From IMG/VR virus record IMGVR_UViG_3300027744_000074, positions 1-31,453 of that record: a stretch of 31,453 nt of DNA; one strand, 5' to 3'. This document shows, piece by piece, positions 24,038 through 31,453 of the stretch (the first letter of the stretch is position 1; the number at the start of each line of letters is the position of its first letter). The notes below the pieces were generated by a model. That model made no database searches. It was not told where the DNA came from and saw only the letters and a program-made list of their open reading frames with translations. The translations under genes and the position numbers were made by a program. The DNA is from a virus (taxonomy: Duplodnaviria; Caudoviricetes).

Positions 24038-26086
24038 ATGTACAAAACGGTAAACACCGTTGATGAACTAAAGCAAATAGTAGACATAGTCATGGATTTT
24101 GGTTCTTTTGCTTTTGACATTGAATCACGGGGTGTTCTTGAGCGTCACGATGATGTAAATACACACTTTCAAAAAGAGTGTAAACAGCACATTGCGACAC
24201 TTAAGAACCCCAGTGAAGATGTTGTTGAAAGGTCTACCGACGCTATTCGTCAACGCTACTTAAAGGACCTTGCTCTTAATCCGCTTCGCAATGAAGTGTT
24301 TTGGTTAGGTATCGCAACACATGGACATTCATGGGCTATCCCAATGGGACACAAGATAGGCGAAGTGCTCATTCCCGAACAGCGTGGTGACGGAGCAACC
24401 CTGCCACCACTAGAGCACCGCAAAGTTCTCAAGAACGGAACTGTATCCACCGCTAAAACCAAGTACTACATTCCTGCAGTCTACTCAGAGCCTCCCGTGC
24501 AATTATCTAGGTACGATGTTTTTGAAACTTTGCGTCCATTGTTTTTTGGCACCGCAATCAAAGTTGGGCACAACGTAAAGTTTGACGCTTTGTCCATTCA
24601 GAAGTATTACGGAGAACTATCTCCAGGACCATATAGAGACACGATGGTGTTGCAGCACATTTGCGACGAAAATATTCCTAGTTTTTCTTTAGTTAATCTA
24701 ATCTTGCACAACTTTGGAAACCATGCTCCTTACAACAAAGAAGGAAAGCTTGGAAAAACAATTGATTCGGTTTCCTATGGCGCCGCATCTCGTTACGTTC
24801 ATTTAGACGCTCGCTGGACGTGGATGTTGTACATCAAGCTAATGGCTAAACTAAAAGCGGAATCTTCACTAATTCCAGTAATGGAGCAAGACATGAGTGT
24901 CTTGCAAGTGCTGATGAATATGGAACAAGAAGGCATTACGGTAGATGGTTACAACCTAAAGAATTTACGCAAGGAGCTAGACACAAAGTTAAACGACACG
25001 TTATTACTTTTATCAGAGTTTGCTTACCCTGGATTCAATCCAGATTCAAATAAGGACAAGCAGTTGTTTTTATTTAACAAAAAGAGAGATGGTGGGTTAG
25101 GTTTAAAGCCCACCAAGAAAACACCAAAAGGCGCACCATCAGTAGACACAGAGTCTCTGGAAAGTCTTCGGGGTAAGCATCCAGTTATTCCACTCTTACT
25201 TGAGTGGTCCGAAACCCAAAAGCTAAAGAACACGTATGTAGATGGGTTACTCCCTAAATTAAACAACAACAAATTGCACCCGTCTTTTAATTTGCACAGA
25301 ACAGCCACCGGGCGTTTGTCTTCTTCCTCTCCTAACCTGCAAAACATTCCTCGTGATTCCAGCATTAGAAAATTGTTTGTACCTCCAGACGGCTTCACTA
25401 TGCTTGTAGCAGATTACGATCAAATTGAACTACGAGTTATGGCTATGTTTAGTCAAGACCCACGTCTACTTCAGATTTTTAAAAACAATGAAGACATTCA
25501 CTCTGCAACAGCCGCCGCCGTCTTTAAAAAGAAAGTTGAAGATGTAACTTCAGAAGAACGACAAATCGGCAAAGGCGTTAACTTCCTTACCGCTTACGGT
25601 GGTGGTTCCAACAAACTTGCTAGGGTTACTGGCGTTACACCCGAACACGCAGACGAGTTGCTGGCGTCATATTACAAAAGTTTTGCGGGACTTACTAAAT
25701 GGAAACAGGTAGCAATAGCTACAGCTACTAAAAAAGGATTTGTAACCACGCTGAGTGGTCGCCGTAGGCGATTACCTGACCTCACATCACGTTCTTCTGA
25801 ATTGTTTTCTAGGGCGCAACGGCAAGCAATCAACGCGATCATTCAAGGAAGCGCTGCAGACATATGTAAACAAGCAATGATTGATGTAGACACTGCATTC
25901 AAAGACACAAAAACAAAAATGCTTGTACAAGTTCACGACGAACTTGTAGCAATTACCCCAGAAGACTGCGTGGAAGACTCAATAAATACGTTAATCACCG
26001 CCATGGGTCATAATAGAGATATCATGGGAGTCACATTAAAAGTTTCTTGCCACTCGGCACGAAGCTGGGCGGAGGCAAAGCAATGA
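24038..26086 (+). CDS. polA: Family A DNA polymerase with 3'-5' exonuclease
   Basis: ExoI FDIES, ExoII HNVKFD, ExoIII YVHLD; TATGRLSSSSPNLQNIP, motif A DYDQIELR, motif B KGVNFLTAYG, motif C VHDE. Confidence 0.96.
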   Translation: MYKTVNTVDELKQIVDIVMDFGSFAFDIESRGVLERHDDVNTHFQKECKQHIATLKNPSEDVVERSTDAIRQRYLKDLALNPLRNEVFWLGIATHGHSWAIPMGHKIGEVLIPEQRGDGATLPPLEHRKVLKNGTVSTAKTKYYIPAVYSEPPVQLSRYDVFETLRPLFFGTAIKVGHNVKFDALSIQKYYGELSPGPYRDTMVLQHICDENIPSFSLVNLILHNFGNHAPYNKEGKLGKTIDSVSYGAASRYVHLDARWTWMLYIKLMAKLKAESSLIPVMEQDMSVLQVLMNMEQEGITVDGYNLKNLRKELDTKLNDTLLLLSEFAYPGFNPDSNKDKQLFLFNKKRDGGLGLKPTKKTPKGAPSVDTESLESLRGKHPVIPLLLEWSETQKLKNTYVDGLLPKLNNNKLHPSFNLHRTATGRLSSSSPNLQNIPRDSSIRKLFVPPDGFTMLVADYDQIELRVMAMFSQDPRLLQIFKNNEDIHSATAAAVFKKKVEDVTSEERQIGKGVNFLTAYGGGSNKLARVTGVTPEHADELLASYYKSFAGLTKWKQVAIATATKKGFVTTLSGRRRRLPDLTSRSSELFSRAQRQAINAIIQGSAADICKQAMIDVDTAFKDTKTKMLVQVHDELVAITPEDCVEDSINTLITAMGHNRDIMGVTLKVSCHSARSWAEAKQ

Positions 26087-26490
26087 CAGAGATGACAAAC
26101 ACTCTAGATAAACGAAACTTTTGTTTAATGCTTTCGTCTATTACAGGCCAAAGCGTTGCAAATCAATTAGGATTTGCTCCCGTTTCAAAGGATGTTGAAG
26201 AACTGGAACATGTGATGGTTGAAAACCAATGGGAAACATTGCACGACTTTGGCATTTTTGAAGACATTGTTGAGTCTGTTGAGTGGTTTGCTCAAGTGCT
26301 GTCTGCAACACAACCTGAACTGCAAGGACCAAACGCATCAATGATAGAAAACACTAAGGCGGTTATCTTGTCATATAGCATGGCGTTGGTTCAAAAACTG
26401 TTGTCTAACAACAAGGTTGCTTTACTGGGCAGAGTTGAGTATGATGATTACGAAGATTGCGACGGTTACGTTGGAGATGAAGATAACTAA
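26083..26490 (+). CDS. Hypothetical acidic protein
   Basis: GGAGG SD and ATGA overlap with polA stop give start 26083. Confidence 0.6.
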   Translation: MTEMTNTLDKRNFCLMLSSITGQSVANQLGFAPVSKDVEELEHVMVENQWETLHDFGIFEDIVESVEWFAQVLSATQPELQGPNASMIENTKAVILSYSMALVQKLLSNNKVALLGRVEYDDYEDCDGYVGDEDN

Positions 26491-26512
26491 TACACAATGA
26501 GGTTTACAACAT

Positions 26513-26887
26513 ATGTCATCTTGGTGGGATAAAAAGTTAACTGAAAAAGGACAACCAGAACCTAGGTCATCGCCTCCGATTACTCCAAACGTAATTTTGC
26601 CTGCGTTGCGTCAACAAGCATCAGAAGTAGCTTCTCAAAAGACAACAACAGCTGATGTACAGCAAAATCAAACTGGACAAACAGACATGGGCACAGCAAT
26701 TAGATCGTGGAAAGGTGGAGAAGCTCATCGCCGCGAAGGTTCTTTATCTTGCCCAAGTTGCGGCAGTAAAAATGTATTTAGTAGAGCAAACAGCGGTAGT
26801 TTAGGTCATGCACCAGCACCAAGATGCTTTGAGTGTGGGTGGAACGGTAAATACGAACAAGCAGACCAGGTGAACTGGGGAACATAG
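26513..26887 (+). CDS. Zinc-ribbon protein
   Basis: CPSC...CFEC; Pro/Gln-rich N-terminus; GAGG SD. Confidence 0.65.
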   Translation: MSSWWDKKLTEKGQPEPRSSPPITPNVILPALRQQASEVASQKTTTADVQQNQTGQTDMGTAIRSWKGGEAHRREGSLSCPSCGSKNVFSRANSGSLGHAPAPRCFECGWNGKYEQADQVNWGT

Positions 26888-26897
26888 GAACCACAAA

Positions 26898-27119
26898 ATG
26901 TCAACTCAAATTAATGTCAACATACCAAACGTAATCTCATGGTTTAAAGAATCAGAACAGTGCATGTTGCATAACCATGCTGAGGAAATACCTAATTCTT
27001 TGCCAAAACAATACGGCCCTCCTTTAGCAAACATTCATGCCACATTGATTAAGTTTGCAATGTTGCACGCAAATGAACAAGTAACTTTTTTTAAAGAACT
27101 AGGATACGCCTGTAAGTAA
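26898..27119 (+). CDS. Small hypothetical protein
   Basis: TAGGA SD; fills the gap before recA. Confidence 0.55.
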   Translation: MSTQINVNIPNVISWFKESEQCMLHNHAEEIPNSLPKQYGPPLANIHATLIKFAMLHANEQVTFFKELGYACK

Positions 27120-27155
27120 AAGTGCAATAAGAAAACAACAACGAAAGTAGACAAA

Positions 27156-28178
27156 ATGGAAACTGATTATGAGTCAATAACGGCAATAATCAATAAGATA
27201 AACAAAAAACAAAATGAAGTTTCAATCCTTAGAGCTGATGCTATGCATCAGCAGTTAGCACGCACCACTACAGGTATCCTTGCATACGATTTAATGCTTG
27301 GCGGAGGTTGGCCTGCAAACCAATGGTCAGAAATTATTGGTGATGAATCATCTGGAAAGACAGCACTTGCGTTTAAAACTATTGCGGCTAACCAAGCGCT
27401 TGACCCAGACTGGACAGCAGTTTGGGTTGCAGCAGAAGAGTTTGTGCCCGACTACGCAAAATCAGTTGGCGTTGACCTTGCTCGCTTATGGGTTATTGAA
27501 ACCAACAGCATGGAGCAAGCTTACAACTTGGTAATTGAGTTGATGAAGAATCGTGCCGCAGACTGCATAGTCATTGATTCGTTGCCAGCACTTGTGCCTA
27601 CAGACGAATCGGAACGCATGATGGATGAATTCACCGTCGGTTTGGGTGCTCGTATTACTTCTAAGTTTTTTCGCAAAGCCTCAGAAGCGCAGAAACGGTC
27701 AATGACAGAAAAAGAACGTTCATGTACAGGTATTATGATTAACCAATGGCGCCAGAAGATTGGTGTTATGTGGGGGGATAATCGCACAACCCCAGGCGGT
27801 CTTGCTAAGAACTTCAGTTATTTTGTTCGTGTTGAAGTCAGGCGCGACGAATGGCTTAAAGAAAAAGATGAAATTGTAGGGCAAACAATTAAAGCCCGAA
27901 CCCTTAAAAACAAAACTTACAAACCATCACAACAAGCCGTTGTTGATTTTTACTTTACTGACGCACTTGGTTTTACTAAGGGTTCGTTTGATACCTTAAA
28001 AGATATGATTAACATCGCAACAGTTATTGAGGTGATTACACGTTCAGGAGCGTATTACGCCTACGGCAGTCAAAAATGGCAAGGCAAAGACAAGATGCTT
28101 GAAGCTTTCCGAGAAGACTTGTTTATGCAAAAAGAGTTAAAGCACGACATTGAAGAGTATTACAAAGTGGTTAGATGA
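27156..28178 (+). CDS. recA: RecA/UvsX-like recombinase
   Basis: TTGILAYDLMLGGGWP, GDESSGKT, VIDSLPALVP, INQWRQKIGVMWG...TTPGG, SGAYY. Confidence 0.95.
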   Translation: METDYESITAIINKINKKQNEVSILRADAMHQQLARTTTGILAYDLMLGGGWPANQWSEIIGDESSGKTALAFKTIAANQALDPDWTAVWVAAEEFVPDYAKSVGVDLARLWVIETNSMEQAYNLVIELMKNRAADCIVIDSLPALVPTDESERMMDEFTVGLGARITSKFFRKASEAQKRSMTEKERSCTGIMINQWRQKIGVMWGDNRTTPGGLAKNFSYFVRVEVRRDEWLKEKDEIVGQTIKARTLKNKTYKPSQQAVVDFYFTDALGFTKGSFDTLKDMINIATVIEVITRSGAYYAYGSQKWQGKDKMLEAFREDLFMQKELKHDIEEYYKVVR

Positions 28179-28513
28179 CCATACTTGGAAGAGATCCGGA
28201 CAAACACACAAGGATAATGAAGTCTTCTGTAAAACAGGAGAAGAGGACAGCTAAAACTTATAAAGGTTCTAGAAATGCCCGTTCAGGAGCAGGTTGGCTT
28301 AGAAAAAATGATGTCCGAAGCCATGAGTTTTTAATTGAAAACAAGTTGACAGAAAACAAAAAGACAATTACACTAAAAGAACTTGACTTAAGAGAATTGA
28401 GGGATCGTGCGTTACTTGAAGATAGGGTACCTGTGTTGCAGTTTGATCTCGCTGGTCGTCGTTACGTGGTCATTGGTGAGGATGATTTTCTGGAGATAAC
28501 AACTGATGTCTGA
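28175..28513 (+). CDS. Small PD-(D/E)XK nuclease, Holliday-junction-resolvase-like
   Basis: QEKRTAK...SGAGW.RKNDV...LIENK motif set; ATGA overlap with recA. Confidence 0.7.
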   Translation: MTILGRDPDKHTRIMKSSVKQEKRTAKTYKGSRNARSGAGWLRKNDVRSHEFLIENKLTENKKTITLKELDLRELRDRALLEDRVPVLQFDLAGRRYVVIGEDDFLEITTDV

Positions 28514-29372
28514 CATGCACAATTACAAAAACTTGTTAAAGATGAACGGCAGGGTTTTACCAACGGTTGCAATTCAGTTGTTAAAAAGTAAAAAACAAAA
28601 AGATAAGAAACGAGATACATCTTTTTTTCACCCTAGCGAATTAGCTAAGAGAGATTGGTGTCCAAGAGCATCTTGGTACACCATAAAAAACGAAGTTAAA
28701 GCTGACGAGAACTTTTCTTTTCAACGTTTAAACGTGTTTGAAGAAGGGCATGCCATTCATCACAAATGGCAAACTTGGCTTTGGGAAGCAGGAGTATTAG
28801 AGGGAAACTTTAAATGTGGGTCGTGCAACCACACGTGGTGGGACTTGTCTCCAAATCATTGTCCAGAATGTGGTTTAGACGTTGCATTAAGCTACGCAGA
28901 AGTTCCGGTAAAAGACGAAGAATACGGGATTAGAGGAAGCGCTGACGGAATTGTTTCCGATAAAAAAGGAAGAACTTTAATTGAAATTAAATCTGTTGGC
29001 ATTGGAACAGTACGTTTTGAGGATTTTGATTTGTACAAGCAATATGAAGAAAATCCCACTATGGGCATTGATGGGCTTTGGAAGAAGATTCGCCAACCTT
29101 TTCCAAGTCACGTTCGTCAAGGGATGTTGTACATGCATTGCACTGGTATACATGACCTGACTTTTATCTACGAATGGAAGCCATCTCAAGAAGTTAAAGA
29201 GTTTTCAATCAAATATTTACCGCATTTGGTTCAGCCCATACTTGATAGTTGTCGTGTTCTGCTAGTAGCATTACAACAAAAGATTCCACCCATGCGACCA
29301 GCGTGGGCAGAAACAGAAACTTGCAATGGCTGCAAATACTGTCCTTATAAGAACACATGTTGGAGCAAATGA
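28506..29372 (+). CDS. Cas4-like / RecB-family exonuclease
   Basis: HPSEL...WCPR; GHAIH; ADG...IEIKS; QGMLY; C-terminal CKYCPYKNTC; internal CGSC...CPEC. Confidence 0.85.
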   Translation: MSDMHNYKNLLKMNGRVLPTVAIQLLKSKKQKDKKRDTSFFHPSELAKRDWCPRASWYTIKNEVKADENFSFQRLNVFEEGHAIHHKWQTWLWEAGVLEGNFKCGSCNHTWWDLSPNHCPECGLDVALSYAEVPVKDEEYGIRGSADGIVSDKKGRTLIEIKSVGIGTVRFEDFDLYKQYEENPTMGIDGLWKKIRQPFPSHVRQGMLYMHCTGIHDLTFIYEWKPSQEVKEFSIKYLPHLVQPILDSCRVLLVALQQKIPPMRPAWAETETCNGCKYCPYKNTCWSK

Positions 29373-29854
29373 TGATTGCAGAAGAAACACCAGAGATGGA
29401 CAGGTTCTTAAGAAACTTTGCATTGCCTGAAAAACCACACAGTTTACTTCCAGTGGTTCCACGAAACCTTGCAGACATTTCAGAAGTTGAGTTAATGTCT
29501 TTGTATTCGGAATTTATGTCGTGGGTCAACTATGCAAAAGCACAATTAGTCACTGCTGAAATTGTTGAAGAGCGTGAGCTAAACACATTTGAATATGTAA
29601 AAGCTTGTACGTTGATTGAGCAGTGGGGAAACAAAATTAAAGGCGAGTTAGTAACTATTGCTAAAGCAAAACGTGACGTGGAAGACAAAGTGCAAAGACA
29701 ACAGGAAACGTACACACAAGCACGTGCATACCGCAAACTAGTGGATACAGTTTTTGATCGGTGCGAGCGCGGTGCTCAAGTTTTATCAAGAGAGTTGAGT
29801 CGTCGCATCAGTCTTGCTCCAAAAGAAAACAGAGCTGCAAGGTTCCTTGCCTAG
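29369..29854 (+). CDS. Helical protein, UvsY-like recombination mediator candidate
   Basis: All-helical, ends LSRELSRR; in recA/nuclease cluster; GGAG SD and ATGA overlap give start 29369. Confidence 0.5.
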   Translation: MMIAEETPEMDRFLRNFALPEKPHSLLPVVPRNLADISEVELMSLYSEFMSWVNYAKAQLVTAEIVEERELNTFEYVKACTLIEQWGNKIKGELVTIAKAKRDVEDKVQRQQETYTQARAYRKLVDTVFDRCERGAQVLSRELSRRISLAPKENRAARFLA

Positions 29855-29856
29855 CC

Positions 29857-30633
29857 ATGCTTATAGACGTAGCAATTGCAAAGCATATCTTCATTGGGGA
29901 CGTACCACCAACGCCGATTGATTCATCTTATAAAATTGCAACACATCATAAGAGCATTTTTGCATTGCACTTTGCCGCAAATGTTTTTGGAACTTTAGTT
30001 GGATATGCCCAAGAACAAAATGGCGAATTAGTTCATAATGTTATGCCCATACCACAACAAGCTTTAAACCAAATATCATCGTCGTCCGAAGTTGCACTAG
30101 CTCTACACACAGAACTTGCATTTCACCCATACAAACCAGATTACGTAGTTCTCTTATGTTTGAGGGGGGACCCAGCAGCCCTAACTACTTACGCCATCCT
30201 TACTGAATTATTGGAAGAGTTATCTGATGAAACCATATCGGTGTTACATCAACAGTGGTACACAACCACCATTGACTTAAGTTTTATCCTTAACGGAGCC
30301 ACTGACAGGAAAATTCCCACAAGTGTGTTAAATACAATAGATGGCATTACAACACTTACCTACGATGAAGCCTTAATAAAACCCATTAACAAGTTGGCAG
30401 ATACCGCTTTAGCAGAACTGAAAACTGCCATTAACAAATGTACGCATAGCGTAGCTTTAGAAAAAGGAGACATGTTGATTCTAAGAAACAAAACTGTAAT
30501 TCACGGAAGAAATTCGTTTAAACCCAGATACGACGGAACAGATCGTTGGTTACTAAGAGCACTAGTGGTTGCAGAAAAGCCACCAGATATGTTTATGCAA
30601 GAATCAGTATGTACCTACACGTTTGAGGAGTAG
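29857..30633 (+). CDS. Fe(II)/2-oxoglutarate dioxygenase, TauD/clavaminate synthase (CAS/AsnO/VioC)-like
   Basis: EQNGELVHNV.P, LHTELAFHPYKPDYVVLLCLR (HxE), GDMLILRN...IHGR...RYDGTDRWLLR; ATG 29857 follows upstream stop. Confidence 0.88.
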   Translation: MLIDVAIAKHIFIGDVPPTPIDSSYKIATHHKSIFALHFAANVFGTLVGYAQEQNGELVHNVMPIPQQALNQISSSSEVALALHTELAFHPYKPDYVVLLCLRGDPAALTTYAILTELLEELSDETISVLHQQWYTTTIDLSFILNGATDRKIPTSVLNTIDGITTLTYDEALIKPINKLADTALAELKTAINKCTHSVALEKGDMLILRNKTVIHGRNSFKPRYDGTDRWLLRALVVAEKPPDMFMQESVCTYTFEE

Positions 30634-30636
30634 TTT

Positions 30637-30906
30637 ATGAAAACAATAACACTTAACAGTCGCACTTATTTAGTATTAAGCGCATTTTATGAACACGAAG
30701 ACATGACTACAGATGAGATGGGTGAGTACACAAAGTTAGATCAAGGGCACAACGGGTGGTGGTGCATTGTTGGTCAACTAAATACCGCTGGTTACTTGGA
30801 AAGAACCGGAAAGAAACGATTAAGCCGTGCTGGTGTTAACGTTCGTATATACCGAATTACAACTAAAGGTAAGCAACTAATGGATGAACTAGGTTATGGG
30901 CAATAA
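30637..30906 (+). CDS. Winged-helix DNA-binding protein
   Basis: LNTAGYLERTG...RIYRITTKGKQ wing motif; GAGGAG SD. Confidence 0.7.
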   Translation: MKTITLNSRTYLVLSAFYEHEDMTTDEMGEYTKLDQGHNGWWCIVGQLNTAGYLERTGKKRLSRAGVNVRIYRITTKGKQLMDELGYGQ

Positions 30907-31258
30907 ACATAAAGCAAAAGGTACTTCTTTTGAAACTGCAATTGTTGGTTATCTAAAAGAAAAAGAATTTGTTAATGCCAGAAGAACGGCATTGGCTGGA
31001 GAAAATGATTCTGGGGATATTCATGGAGTTAAGCATCCTGATGCTACCGAGGTAGCAATTCAGTGCAAAAACCAAAAGTCTTTTAAGTTAAGCGAATGGC
31101 TAAATGACACTGTACTTCAAGCGTCTAAGTTACCTAAAGGGCTTCCACTGTTGGTGGTAAAACGCCCAGGTAAAGGTGCTGCTGCTTTAGGTGAATCTTA
31201 TGCTGTAATGCGCTTAGAAGACATGCTCACATTGTTAAAATCAGCCGACTACGCGTAA
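30896..31258 (+). CDS. Holliday junction resolvase (Hjc-type PD-(D/E)XK)
   Basis: KAKGTSFETAIVGYL, GDIHG, AIQCKN, LLVVKRPG. Confidence 0.82.
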   Translation: MGNKHKAKGTSFETAIVGYLKEKEFVNARRTALAGENDSGDIHGVKHPDATEVAIQCKNQKSFKLSEWLNDTVLQASKLPKGLPLLVVKRPGKGAAALGESYAVMRLEDMLTLLKSADYA

Positions 31259-31260
31259 CA

Positions 31261-31269
31261 TGGTAATAT
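31261..31269 (+). promoter_or_regulatory. Possible extended -10 promoter for spoVS
   Basis: TG-G-TAATAT in the intergenic gap, 34 nt before the ATG. Confidence 0.35.
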
Positions 31270-31303
31270 GGACTTTGGAAATGATTTACAAATGGGAGTC
31301 TAT

Positions 31304-31453
31304 ATGTCACAAGAACTTAATCAAAAAGTTGAAGATGTTTTAAAAGTTTCAGGTAGTAGCAACCCTCAAAGTGTGGGTTCTATTCTTGCCCGCTCTATTG
31401 TTGCCGGGCATCTTCCAAAGATTCGCGCTATTGGCGCAAGTGCTGTAAATCAA
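31304..31453 (+). CDS. spoVS: SpoVS-family (Alba-like fold) protein, 3'-truncated by window edge; not in ORF track
   Basis: GGGAG SD; MSQELNQKVEDVLKVSGSSNPQSVGSILARSIVAGHLPKIRAIGASAVNQ matches the SpoVS pattern LKVS..S.P.SV.G......I.AIGA.A.NQ. Confidence 0.85.
   Translation, partial: MSQELNQKVEDVLKVSGSSNPQSVGSILARSIVAGHLPKIRAIGASAVNQ

Noticed and set aside
24038-28178. Inteins or introns in polA or recA
   Set aside because: No C/S...HN-C/S/T intein ends, no homing-endonuclease motifs, and the ORFs are uninterrupted.
1321-29736. Many minus-strand and nested alternative-frame ORFs in the ORF track
   Set aside because: They lie within well-supported + strand genes, lack SDs and recognisable motifs, and look like shadow ORFs.
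29761-29856. N-terminal extension of the dioxygenase from GTG 29761
   Set aside because: Overlaps the upstream gene by 94 nt; ATG 29857 directly after its stop is more plausible.

Overview
Fragment of a dsDNA tailed-phage genome with a contractile tail (myovirus morphotype), AT-rich, with nearly all genes on the + strand. 1-15.8 kb is the neck/tail/baseplate module: neck proteins, tail terminator, sheath, tube, chaperone pair, tape measure with two muralytic domains, tube initiator, LysM/X, hub, short spike, gp25, J-like and I-like wedge proteins, and a holin-like gene. Its order resembles extracellular contractile injection systems and actinobacterial myophages (host is inference only). 16.5-31.5 kb is a replication/recombination module: HTH initiator with an internal iteron origin, DnaC-like loader, DnaB, primase, SNF2 helicase, gp32-like SSB, PolA, RecA, Cas4-like nuclease, UvsY-like protein and two resolvase-like nucleases. 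It also carries a clavaminate-synthase/AsnO-like dioxygenase and an spoVS homologue missed by the ORF track. Main unexplained signals: (1) a ~110-nt three-hairpin antisense RNA with its own promoter and twin UUCCCUUCU loops just upstream of the initiator gene, (2) the iteron/palindrome/A-tract origin inside that gene, (3) a probable +1 frameshift (CTT TTA) in the tail chaperone, (4) apparent absence of TCGA. All calls come from manual motif reading; no database searches were run.
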